Positions 19,658 to 29,897 of a DNA stretch of 32,039 nt are shown one piece after another. The stretch is from Thraustochytrium aureum (lineage: Eukaryota). The position numbers were made by a program, and so were the translations under genes. The notes under the pieces are model-generated. The model saw only the letters and a list, made by a program, of their open reading frames with translations. It was not told the origin of the DNA and searched no databases. The stretch's first letter is position 1, and the number at the start of each line of letters is the position of its first letter. Location: positions 5,018-37,056 of the forward strand of contig BLSG01000075.1 of assembly GCA_012862495.1 (NCBI GenBank). The letters run 5' to 3'.

Positions 19658-22600
19658 TTGTTCCACCAGGTCGACGTGAACGGCGACGGCACGATGGAGT
19701 GGGAAGAGTTTTCCGAGTTTTGCATCGAGGCCGGCATCGCGGCGTCGCAAATGTCTCAGCTGGAAGTGACCGAGAAATACGCGCAGCGCAACTTTGCCGA
19801 CATGTACTCGAGCAACAACGAGGTTCTCAACATCCTCTTTGTAAACCAGCTGCAAAAGCTGTTCGTCTGCGAGGCCGGCAGCCACACGCTCAAAGTGTAC
19901 GACCCGCACGACGAGGAGAACGGGTTCCGCCTCCTGCACGAGATCGACCTCACGGCGGCCGTGCACGACCGTAGCGAAGCGCGCAACGGCGGCACCGTGC
20001 TGAATGTGACGTACGTCGAGCTCGCGAACCGCAAGCTGCTTGCCGTGTCGGCAACAAACATGACCGTCTCCTTCTGGGACGCGGGTATCTACGACGTCGC
20101 AGAGGAGAGCATCCCACGCTTCGTCTATCGCGAGGTGATGGACAAGCCCCAGTTTCACCTGGAGTGGGTCCCGCACATGGAGTCGCTCTTCACGGCCGCA
20201 GCAGACAACACGATCCACATCCTGCACCTCCGCTTTGTGCCGAGCTTTTGCGTCAAGGAGATTGGCCGCCTGCGCAAGCACACGGACCTGATCCAGGACA
20301 TCCTCGCTATCGGCGAGCTGCAGCTCGTGGTCACAGCTGCGCTTGACCAGAAAATCTACCTCTGGGGTCTGGACGACGATATTGTTCCCCTCGACCAGCG
20401 CCTCCGGTTCAAGTCGGAGCGCGTCGGCCATCGCAAGGGCGTGCGCAGCCTGGCGTACGCGGAAGAGGGCCTCTTGCTCTCAGCCGCGTTCGACCTGGTC
20501 GTGCTGGGCTGGGATATCACCGGCCTCTCGCTTCGGCCGGTGTTTCAGCTCCTGGGCCACACCGCACCTCTTTTCGGCGTCCGCGTTCTGCCCAGCAAGC
20601 AGCACGCCATCTCAGTCGATATCAACGGCGTGTTCAAGACCTGGGACATCCGTCGCGAGGGCAGCATCCTCGACAGCGAGCGGGGGATCCAGACCTTTGC
20701 GGCTCAGTCGCTGGCGGGCAACGCCGGGTCGGCCGCCGCGCCGACGCACCTCATGGGCGGCGGCGGCGAAGAGGACCTCTCGTTCACACCGCACGCCATG
20801 GCGGTCACCTACCCGCGAGGCAGCGTGGTGGTGGGGAAGGGCCGCCTCGTCGTCTTTGACTCGGTGCAGCTGCAGCCCGAAAAGTACGCCCCAGCGGCCT
20901 GCCTCTACAACCCGACCTCGATGACGATCGCCTGCGCGATCCACCGCGACGTGAAAATTTGGGACGCCAAGTCGGGCCAGCTCCAGTGCCACTTCCAGAA
21001 CATTTCCGAGACAGACCTCACCGCGCTCTGCCTCGACTTTCGCGAGCGCAAGTTTATCGCGTCCGACCAAAAGGGCGGCATCGCCGTGTTCAACTATTTG
21101 AATGGATCGCGCATGAAGGACAACAGCGCCTCGCCGCACGACAGCGAAGTCGCCTGCATGACCTACTGTCGCGAGGACAAGGTTCTGGTCACGGCCGGGT
21201 GGGACAAGTGCCTCCGCGCCTACGACGAGACGCTCGCCGAGTCGCTCGGCCCGCTGCGCCGGGTCGTCAACGCGCACAAAAACGACATCAGCGACGTTTG
21301 CGTCTCCTACGAGCTCTCGTTGGTGGCCACGGTTGACGACAGCGGGCTGATCCGCATTTGGGACTTTCAGTTCTTCACGTTGGAGGGCGAGATGCGCCTT
21401 GAAGTGGGCATCGTCGCGGCGCGCTTCCTCGCGCCGCTCCCGCTCCTCCTCACCGTCGACCGCCAAGGCCTCTTGAGGTTTTGGCCAGTGAGGCCCTTTG
21501 CCTCGACGGCCGCTATGCCGCGGAACGCGTGCGCGGCTGCCGTCGCCTTGTTGAGCGACTTTAGCGAGGAGAACGACCTCGTCACCAGCTTTGAGATCGC
21601 CCGTCCGGTCAGCAACCCCGCGCAGGTGTGGGCGTACGCAGGTCTGTCAAGCGGCAAGCTCACGGTGTGCAACGTCACGCCGACGCTCGAGTCGCTGGGA
21701 CTCGAGCCCGTGGCCCCCGAGCACCAGCTCCATAGCCGCGAAAACTACAGCGCGCGCCGAAAGCTCTTTGTCATGTTTGACGAGGAGAGGCGCAGCAAGG
21801 CGCAGCAAGGCGCGCCGCTAAAGCCGCGGGAGGCTTCTGTCGACTTTGCGTTGCCAGAGCACGTGGCCACGTGGTGCGCGCACGACGGCACGGTCTCGAG
21901 CCTGCAGGTCCTCTCCGACCCGGACGCGGTTTTGACCTGCTCCAGCGACAAGACCATTCGGCTGTGGCGGGCTTCCACTGGGCAGCAGCTCGGCGTCTTG
22001 GACGCCAACGAGCGCAAGGCGCTTCAAGTGAGCCGCTCGGTTCGGACTTGGGAGTTCCCCATCGACTTGGCAAGCCGGCGCAAGCGCGAGCTCCGTGCGG
22101 CCGAGGTTCTCGTGGACCAAATCATGAACAGCGGCCCAAAGCGACGGGCTGCACCCCATGTCCAAGCCAGCAGCCCGCTGGGGCCTGACGCGATGGGCCC
22201 TACCAGCCCGGGCAGCCCGATTCCGCGCCATGGCGTTGACTACGACCAGATCGAGGCCGGGCAGCGCGAGCTGGCGATCCGAAACAACACCAAGAGTTCC
22301 AAGCGCCTTTCCAATCTGCTGGCCTTTGAAGAGGAGGCTGCGAGGCTCCGCATGCTGCGGGAGGAGCAGGCCCTCCAAAAGCGCCGCTCCGAGCGACGTC
22401 TGCGCGCCGAGCACGTTCGCGAGCTCAACTTTAACAATGGAGGCTCGGAGAAGCTGGACCAGCTCCATGCGACCCAGGCGTTTTCCGTTCTCGAGGCGGT
22501 CGTCAGCGGCGAGGACACGGGGCCGGGCAAGGCAGAGGTGGATCGCACGCGGCTACTTGGCCAGCTTGACGGCAAGCAGACTTGGGTCAAGACCCAAAAG

Positions 22601-24357
22601 GAGCTCGCAGAGGAGGCTGCCGTGGAGGCCGACAAAAAGCGCCGCAAAAACGCGAGCTCCTTTGCCAAGACGGCCGGGAGCGCCAAAGCCAAGAGCAAAG
22701 CCAAGGGCAAAGCCAAGGGCAAAGCCAAGGGCAAAGCCAAAGGCAAGCCCAAGCCCAAGCCCACGGCCAAGGCAGACGACGGCTCCGGCCCCACTTGTCC
22801 GAAAGGCAGAAGCGCCTCCGCCCCGTTTAGTCCCGGGTCTCCCGAAGGCCTCGCAGGAGGCCCCGGCCCGGCCCGGTCACATCGCCCAGGCGGCCGAGCC
22901 GATGAGCCCGACCGCTCTTCTCGACGACGACAAGGACAAGAACGGTCTCTATGGGAATCTGCAGGTCGAACTGAAGCGCCTCGAAGCCAAGGCGCTACGG
23001 GGCTCCAAGGCGACGGACGCGCTCGACACTGCGCCGACCGCGCTAGTCAAGGAGCAGCTCGAGCACCTCAAACTCGCCCAGCGGATTTCAAAGCGGCACT
23101 CGATGTCTGCGCCAATTTTGGACCTGGAGAAGCCCGCGGCCCCGGGAGGAAAGCCCGAGCCAGAGCCTGCTCCGTTACGTGGCCTGAACTGGAAGTACGT
23201 CACGGACAAGGTCAAGGCAGAGCTCAAGGCGGACCTTTCGCTGCAAAAGCCCACTGTACGGCGAGCCCGGCAGCGCGGGCGCGGCATTCAGTTCTCCGAC
23301 GCCTCGACAGGGGCTTCCCGAAGGCTCTCCGCGCTCGGGGCGCGGCTCTCGATCCGACTGAGCCTCGACCCGGCCTCGCGAGCAAACCTGGGGTCCTCTG
23401 ACTCGGAGTCGGAGGACGAAACGGACGAGGAGGACGACAGGTTTATGGGGCCTTAACCAGCGCGAGCCCGACTCGTTCAAGCAGGACGCCAAGCTGGAGG
23501 CCAAGCTGGAGCAAATCAAGTCGCAGCAGGAGACGGCCGCCAAAACGCGGCTGAGCCTGGCGCGCGAAAAGCTTGCAGCGCGCAAAATCAGAATCGTTGC
23601 CAGCGACGAGGCGCGCCGCGAAAAAGCGCGGGCCGCGCACCGCGAGTCGGAGGCCGAGCTGGTCCGCCGACGCGTCACGCAGGCCCAAGCAAACGTGAAG
23701 CGCGTTTTCGACCCCTCCAAGGACCAGCTGAAGCGCATTCGTGGCGCGCGATTCTTTGGGCCGTACCCGCGGCAGGATGTGGCGCACATTCGCGGGATGT
23801 TTCAGAGCATCGACACGGACGGCACGGGCACGATCGAGCTGTACGAGTTCCAAAACGAGATCAAGCGGACGTCGTCCAACTCGGGCAACTTTCGCTCGCT
23901 GCTCGACCAGTCCGTGAGCATGTTTCAGTCTATCGATCGGGACAAGAGCGGGACGATCGCGCTCGAGGAGCTTGCTCGCGTTTTGTTCAGCAACGCCACG
24001 GCCCAGGAGCTTGACGACATATTGGTGTTCCTGCGCATGCCGCCGGCGCGCCACAAGCCGTACAGGGCGCCGCGGCCCGGCACAGAAAAGGCCAAGACGA
24101 CGCGCAACTACAAGGCCGAGATTCGCGCGCTGTTCGACCTCTACGACGTCAACAAGGACGGCAACCTCACCGTGCACGAGATGCAGTCCGCGATAGAGCA
24201 GAACGGTCTCTTGTACGCCAACCAAATGCACGGCGAGTTCAACCGCGGTCTCTCCTTTGGGGACCTTTCCAGCCTCGTCAGCGGGGCCAACGAGGGCGCC
24301 TCGCGCACCATCGAGTTTGAGGAGTTTTACCGCTTCTTTGCCGAAAAGTGGAGCTAG
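19658..24357 (+). CDS. Large EF-hand + WD40-repeat protein (WDR49/WDR64/EFCAB8-like N-terminal architecture) with a C-terminal four-EF-hand module; 5' end in gap; frameshifts at ~22770 and ~23448; >1565 aa
   Basis: EF-hand 'DVNGDGTMEWEEF'. Many GH..WD repeats (e.g. 'HTDLI..IYLWG', 'GHRKGV..VLGWD', 'GHTAPL..FKTWD', 'AHKNDI..IRIWD', 'AHDGTV..IRLWR'). C-terminal EF loops DTDGTGTIELYEF, DRDKSGTIALEEL, DVNKDGNLTVHEM, NEGASRTIEFEEF. Length check: 4700 nt - 2 = 1566 codons. Confidence 0.85.
22682..22760 (+). repeat. Coding 12-bp repeat (GCCAAGGGCAAA)n giving a Lys-rich AKGK/KP tract
   Basis: Translates 'AKAKSKAKGKAKGKAKGKAKGKPKPK'. Confidence 0.85.
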
Positions 24358-24379
24358 CGGCCCTCGACCTCGGGAGGCC

Positions 24380-24752
24380 AGCAACCGAGGCCACGACCAG
24401 GCCCAGAAGCAACCACCGCGGCATGCCAAACCGCGCCTGGAAGCACCATGCCAGCACAAACCTCGGAACGCCGCACTGGCAGATCGCAAACTCGATTGGC
24501 GAAGCAACCGATGCCACGACCAGGCCCAGAAACAACCACCGCGGCATGCCAAACCGCGCCTGGAAGCACCATGCCAGGCATTGCCAGCACAAACCTCGGA
24601 ACGCCGCACTGGCAGGTCGCAAACTCGATTGGCGAAGCAACCGATGCCACGACCAGGCCCAGAAACAACCGCCGCGGCATGCCAGACCGCGCCTGGAAGC
24701 ACCATGCCAGGCATTGCCAGCACAAACCTCGGAACACCGCACTGGCAGATCG
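24380..24752. repeat. Minisatellite, three copies of a 123/133-bp unit, starting ~22 nt after the WD40 gene stop
   Basis: AGCAACCGA(G/T)GCCACGACCAGGCCCAGAA starts at 24380, 24503 and 24636. Copies 2 and 3 carry an extra 10-nt GCATTGCCAG. Confidence 0.93.
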
Positions 24753-25565
24753 AGATCGAGTCCATTGGGAGAAAGAAACTCGATCGACAAAGTCCCAAAA
24801 TCAAATCAAAAAGCATGATGTCCGTTCATTCAATCGATTTACCGCATTGCACCACACCAGTCCATTCAATCGATTTCCCCCTTGTCCCTCCGTCTCCTGT
24901 GATCTCCCCCTCGAATAATCCTCGAGAAACCACACTCGCCCTCGATTGATCCCTGGAGGAACTGAGCCAACAGAATTTGAATTTTGAAGTATACTCATCC
25001 GACTCGGTGATGGAGCAGGCAGGCGGGAGAGCAGACCCCCAACGAGCGAACGCGCACGCGAGAGCAGCAGGGGCGCAGGCGGCGCAGGAGCTGCGAGAGC
25101 CGCAGGAGCCNNNNNNNNNNNNNNNNNNNNNNNNNNNNNNNNNNNNNNNNNNNNNNNNNNNNNNNNNNNNNNNNNNNNNNNNNNNNNNNNNNNNNNNNNN
25201 NNNNNNNNNNNNNNNNNNNNNNNNNNNNNNNNNNNNNNNNNNNNNNNNNNNNNNNNNNNNNNNNNNNNNNNNNNNNNNNNNNNNNNNNNNNNNNNNNNNN
25301 NNNNNNNNNNNNNNNNNNNNNNNNNNNNNNNNNNNNNNNNNNNNNNNNNNNNNNNNNNNNNNNNNNNNNNNNNNNNNNNNNNNNNNNNNNNNNNNNNNNN
25401 NNNNNNNNNNNNNNNNNNNNNNNNNNNNNNNNNNNNNNNNNNNNNNNNNNNNNNNNNNNNNNNNNNNNNNNNNNNATTTTTTGCGGTCGCGGTCGTGGTG
25501 GTCTTCGGGGTGCGCCCTTGGCTGGCTGGCTGTGCCTTGGCGACGGCGGACGCTGCGTGGGCAGG

Positions 25566-28500
25566 ATGCACATCAAGTCGTTGGAGATACAGGGGTTCAA
25601 GTCGTACAAGGAGGTCGCGGGCGTGGAGGAGTTTTCGGCAGGGCTGAACACGATCGTTGGACGGAATGGGTCAGGCAAGTCGAACTTTTTCAGGGCGATC
25701 CAGTTTGTGCTGGGGGAGAAGTCGTTCTCCAACCTGTCGCACAAGGAGCGGATGGAGCTGCTACACGAGGGGTCTGGCGCCGCGGTGATGAGCGCGCACG
25801 TGCAGATCACGTTTGACAACTCGGACAGGCGCATCCCACTCGACTCTGATGACGTCGTTCTGCGGCGCACGATAGGGCTCAAGAAGGACGAGTTTTTCCT
25901 CAACAACAAGCACGTGACGAAAAGCGACGTGGTCAACCTGCTGGAGAGCGCAGGGTTCTCGAGGTCCAACCCGTACTATATTGTGCAGCAGGGCAAGGTG
26001 AACGCGCTGTGCCTGATGAAGGACGAGCAGCGCCTTGAGCTGCTCAAGGAGGTGGCCGGGACGACCGTGTACGAGGAGCGGCGGCGCAACAGCGAGCAGA
26101 TCCTGACGGAAACAAAGAACAAGCGGGACAAGATCCAGGACGTCGTTTCGTACATTGAAGAGCGGCTGGACGAGCTCAAGGACGAGAAGGAAGAGCTGGA
26201 GGCGTTCCGCTCGCTCGACAGGCGCAAGCGCGCCCTGCAGTACACGCTGTACAACCACGAGATGGAGTCGGCGACCAAGATGTTGGACCACCTGGAGGAG
26301 GAGCGCGAAGGCGAGGTGCAAAAGACTGCCGAGACGAGCCAGGCCCTCGTGGAGGCCCGCGAAGAGGCCGAGCAGCTCGAGAGCGAAATCAAGCGCAAGC
26401 GCAAGCGACTTCGCCGCTCCGAAGAGGAGGCCAGGCTGATGGAGAAGGAATGCGCCACCCTGGTCAAGGAGCGCACCACGCGCGAGCTCAAGTTGAAGGA
26501 CATGGTGGAGCGCGAGGCCAACCTGCGCGAGCAGGCCCAGCTGCACGACAAAGAGCTGCGAGAGCTCGAGACGCGGCTCCAGACGATGCAAGGCAAGCTG
26601 GAGGGCGAGGCCAAGGTCGAACTGCACGCCGCAGAGTCCGCCAAGCAGGTCCTCGACGAGCGGCTGCGCGCGCTGCAGCGGCGCCGCGCCGAGCTGGAGG
26701 CCAAGCAGGGCCGCCAGTCCCAGTTTTCCACGCAAGCGGAACGCGACCAGTGGCTCGAGGAGCAGGATCAGGAGCGTGGAGAGCGCCGACGCGACAAGGC
26801 GGCTGGCCTCGCCCAGCTCGAGGAGCGGCTCGCAGCGCAGGAGGCGGCTCGCGCCAAGCTGGCGCAGGAGGTGGCCGACATGGAGCGCGAGCTCGCCACG
26901 CAAGCCGAGGCGATCCGCGCCGCCGTCAAGGACGGCCAGGGCCTCCGCGACGCGCGCGACGAGGCCAGCGAGGAGCGCAAGGCGTGCTGGAGCAAAAAGG
27001 GCGACGCAGAGGGCCAGATCCTCGAAGCGAACCGCCGCGTCGAGCNNNNNNNNNNNNNNNNNNNNNNNNNNNNNNNNNNNNNNNNNNNNNNNNNNNNNNN
27101 NNNNNNNNNAATTCCCCCCGCCGTGGGGCACGGCCTCCAAGCGCTCGAGGGGATCGCCAAAGACCTTGGCCTGGTCGTTGGCGTTAACATTCACGGCCCG
27201 CTGTACGAGCTGATCGAGCCCGAGGATGCGGTGTTCGAGACTGCGATCGAGGTGGCCGCGGGCCAGTCGCTGACGCACGTCATCGTCGACAACGACGAGA
27301 CCGCGGCCGCGCTGATGAAAGAGCTGCAGCTGCGCAAAGCGGGGCGCGTCACCTTCAAGCCGCTGGCGCAGATCGCGGCGCTGCGGTCGGCGCAGCACAA
27401 CTCGCAGCAAGCGCGGTACCTCAACCCGGACGAGATGGAGCACGACATCGTCGGGCTCGTCGAGGAGGAGGCAAGCGCCAACCCGGTGGCCATTCCGCTC
27501 ATCTCCAAGGTGCGCTACCCGGCCGCGGTGAAAGACGCTGTGCGCGCCGTGCTGGGCAAGGTCCTGCTCTGCAAGGACGGCCAGGTCGCCTCGGCCAAGC
27601 GGCGCGAGCTGAGCGTCAACTGCGTGACGCTGGCCGGCGAAGAGGTCAACAGGCGCGGCGCGCTGACCGGGGGCTACTACGACTCGCGCCACAGCAAGCT
27701 GCGCGCGGCAGCGGAGATCCGCGCCGCGCGCGAGGACGTGGCCAAACTCGAGGGCGAGCAGGCCGCCACCGAGTCGGCCCTCTTGGCTGCAGAGCAAAAG
27801 GTGACGGGCATCGTCAACCAGATCCAAAAGCTCGAGGCGGCCCAGGCTCGCGCCAAAGACGTGGGGAAGACGCTCCGCGAGGACATTGCGCGCAAACAAA
27901 ATCAGCTCAAGGAGGCTGACGCCGACCTGACCACCGTCGCCGCGACGATCGCCCAGGTCCGCCAAGGGCTCAAGGAGCTTGACGAGCAGCGCCAGACGTA
28001 CAAGCAAGAGCTGGCCACCCCGATGGTGGCCAACTTGAGCCCCGAGGAGGTTGCCGAGATGGCCGTGATCAAGACGGACCTGCGCGACGCCAAACGCGAG
28101 CAGGCGCAAGTCGCGGCCCGCTTGGCTGCCGCGCGCGCCGAGGTCGCCGCTCTGACGGTCGAGCTCGAGGAAAACCTTGAGCGTCGCAAGGAGGAGCTTC
28201 TGGAGGCGACAGGCCGCGCCGTCGGCAAGCCCAAGCCGAAAAAGCGGGCCGAGCGCAAAGCTCCCGGAAAGGCACGGGCGCAGCCGCAGATCGGCATCAT
28301 CTCTGACGACGACGACGACGAAGACGATGAGCAAGTGGGCAAGGGCCGTCAGCGTCGCGGCAAAGGCAGAGTGAGCGCTGTCTCTGCCATGCTGGACGAC
28401 GAGGACGACGACGAGGAGGAGGAGGAGTTTGGCCTCGGCGGCGGCGCAGGCTTGGAGGACGAGCAAGAACTGGACCGCGTGCTGCGCAAGAAGGCCGAGG

Positions 28501-29795
28501 CCGAGCAAGACTTTGAGCGCGCGAACGCGAGGCTGGTGGCGGCACGAGCCCAGCACCAGGCCCTGGAAGACGAAGCCGCCAAAGTCCGCACCGAGGTGAA
28601 ATCTGCAGAGAAAAAGCTCGGCGAGGCCAAAGAGCGCGAGCAAAAGCTAAGCGAGCAGCTGCTACTCCTCGAGGAGGTCCTCGACAAGCTGCTGACCAAG
28701 CGCAGCGTGCAGCTGGAAAAGCGCGAGGTGAGCGCGCGCAAGATCCGCGAGCTCGGATCCCTCTCCAGCGAAGAGCTCAGCAATGTTGGTGACGTTCGGT
28801 CCACTAAGGCGCTCGTGAACGAGATCAAGCAGGTGAATGAGCAGCTGCAAAAGTACAGCCACGTCAACAAAAAGGCGCTCGACCAGTTCATCAGCTTCTC
28901 GGACAGGCGCGAGACGCTGCTGCAGCGCAAGCAAGAGCTGGACAAGGCAGAGACGTCGATCCAGGACCTGATCAAGCACCTCGACCAGCAAAAGGACGAG
29001 GACATCCTGCGCACTTTTCGAGGCGTCGCGAAAAACTTTCGCGAGATCTTCAAAGAGCTCGTGCCTGAGGGCAAGGGCGAGCTGGACATGCTCACGCGCA
29101 ACTCGTCGCAAAAGGCCGCCGTGGGCGAGCAGGCAAGCAGCAGCCAGAGCAGCGCAAACGAGGACGCTGAACAGCTCGACGAGTTTGTTGGCGTCTCGCC
29201 CCGCGTCTCGTTCACGGGCAAGGGCGACCAGTTTCGCATGCGGCAGCTCTCGGGCGGGCAGCGCGCGCTGGTTGCCCTCACCCTCATCTTTGCCGTGATA
29301 AAGACCGACCCGGCGCCGTTCATCCTCCTGGACGAGCACGACCAGCCCTTGGACCAGAGCCGCCGTGCCGCAGTTGCGGCGATGATCAAGCGCCTCTCCA
29401 AGGGGACCCAGTACATTTGCACCACGTTTCGCCCCGAGTGCGTCAAGCTCGCCGACGCTTGCTACGGGATCGAGTTCCAGAACAAGGTGTCGAGCGTGGT
29501 CGAGCTGCCCCGCGCGGAGGCGATCCAGTTTGTCGAGACGATTGCCGCCGGCGAAGGGGGGCCGCGTCGCAAGGCTGGCAAGCGCAAGCCGCGCGGTTCT
29601 GAGCAAGGCAGCGTTCGTGCTGCGAGCGAGGGTGGCGCCGACGAGGACGAGGCCGAGAGGGCCGAAGAGGAGGGAGAGGGCCTCGACGACGAGGGCGACG
29701 AAGCAAAGTCCGAAGACCGCGACGACGCCAGCGCGCGGACCGCGGGCTCCTCTGCGCGGATGGCCTCGTCCAGCAGCAAACGCGTCAGAGCGTAA
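25566..29795 (+). CDS. SMC3: Structural maintenance of chromosomes protein 3 (cohesin subunit)
   Basis: 'MHIKSLEIQGFKSY', Walker A 'GRNGSGKSNFF', SMC3-specific 'RRTIGLKKDEF' (acetyl-lysine pair) and 'LESAGFSRSNPYYIVQQGK', hinge 'GEEVNRRGALTGGY', 'HVNKKALDQF', signature 'LSGGQ', 'DPAPF..LDE' and 'TTFRPE'. Small gap at 27046-27109. Confidence 0.97.
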   Translation: MHIKSLEIQGFKSYKEVAGVEEFSAGLNTIVGRNGSGKSNFFRAIQFVLGEKSFSNLSHKERMELLHEGSGAAVMSAHVQITFDNSDRRIPLDSDDVVLRRTIGLKKDEFFLNNKHVTKSDVVNLLESAGFSRSNPYYIVQQGKVNALCLMKDEQRLELLKEVAGTTVYEERRRNSEQILTETKNKRDKIQDVVSYIEERLDELKDEKEELEAFRSLDRRKRALQYTLYNHEMESATKMLDHLEEEREGEVQKTAETSQALVEAREEAEQLESEIKRKRKRLRRSEEEARLMEKECATLVKERTTRELKLKDMVEREANLREQAQLHDKELRELETRLQTMQGKLEGEAKVELHAAESAKQVLDERLRALQRRRAELEAKQGRQSQFSTQAERDQWLEEQDQERGERRRDKAAGLAQLEERLAAQEAARAKLAQEVADMERELATQAEAIRAAVKDGQGLRDARDEASEERKACWSKKGDAEGQILEANRRVEXXXXXXXXXXXXXXXXXXXXXXIPPAVGHGLQALEGIAKDLGLVVGVNIHGPLYELIEPEDAVFETAIEVAAGQSLTHVIVDNDETAAALMKELQLRKAGRVTFKPLAQIAALRSAQHNSQQARYLNPDEMEHDIVGLVEEEASANPVAIPLISKVRYPAAVKDAVRAVLGKVLLCKDGQVASAKRRELSVNCVTLAGEEVNRRGALTGGYYDSRHSKLRAAAEIRAAREDVAKLEGEQAATESALLAAEQKVTGIVNQIQKLEAAQARAKDVGKTLREDIARKQNQLKEADADLTTVAATIAQVRQGLKELDEQRQTYKQELATPMVANLSPEEVAEMAVIKTDLRDAKREQAQVAARLAAARAEVAALTVELEENLERRKEELLEATGRAVGKPKPKKRAERKAPGKARAQPQIGIISDDDDDEDDEQVGKGRQRRGKGRVSAVSAMLDDEDDDEEEEEFGLGGGAGLEDEQELDRVLRKKAEAEQDFERANARLVAARAQHQALEDEAAKVRTEVKSAEKKLGEAKEREQKLSEQLLLLEEVLDKLLTKRSVQLEKREVSARKIRELGSLSSEELSNVGDVRSTKALVNEIKQVNEQLQKYSHVNKKALDQFISFSDRRETLLQRKQELDKAETSIQDLIKHLDQQKDEDILRTFRGVAKNFREIFKELVPEGKGELDMLTRNSSQKAAVGEQASSSQSSANEDAEQLDEFVGVSPRVSFTGKGDQFRMRQLSGGQRALVALTLIFAVIKTDPAPFILLDEHDQPLDQSRRAAVAAMIKRLSKGTQYICTTFRPECVKLADACYGIEFQNKVSSVVELPRAEAIQFVETIAAGEGGPRRKAGKRKPRGSEQGSVRAASEGGADEDEAERAEEEGEGLDDEGDEAKSEDRDDASARTAGSSARMASSSSKRVRA

Positions 29796-29897
29796 TCGAC
29801 GCACAGGCGCATCGTATCAGCAAAGCCACAAATTCTAGCAACACCCACTTGTCCTTCCTTTTGATCAACAGCACTTGTACAGCAAAGCTCGGCGGCA

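Noticed and set aside
23695..24357. Independent calmodulin-like gene
   Set aside because: It has no suitable ATG (the track start is GTG), and the frame is open upstream to ~23450, where a one-base fix joins it to the WD40 protein.
24380..24880. CRISPR array or coding repeat protein (ORFs 24257-24949, 24348-24818, 24448-24918)
   Set aside because: Units are fully repeated without spacers. The 133-bp unit changes frame, so the same peptides appear in all three frames.
1112..28643. Long antisense or alternate-frame ORFs (e.g. 1112-2956+, 3411-4346+, 4415-6016-, 5428-6918+, 16667-18526+, 18848-20431-, 25761-28643-)
   Set aside because: These are shadow ORFs expected from high GC3 opposite real genes. 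Many are also inflated by N runs, and none shows a recognisable motif.
25566..29795. Bacterial SMC, Wadjet/JetC or Rad50-type defence ATPase
   Set aside because: SMC3-specific motifs (KKD, FSRSNPYYIVQQG, VNKKA, TTFRPE) are present and there are no partner operon genes.
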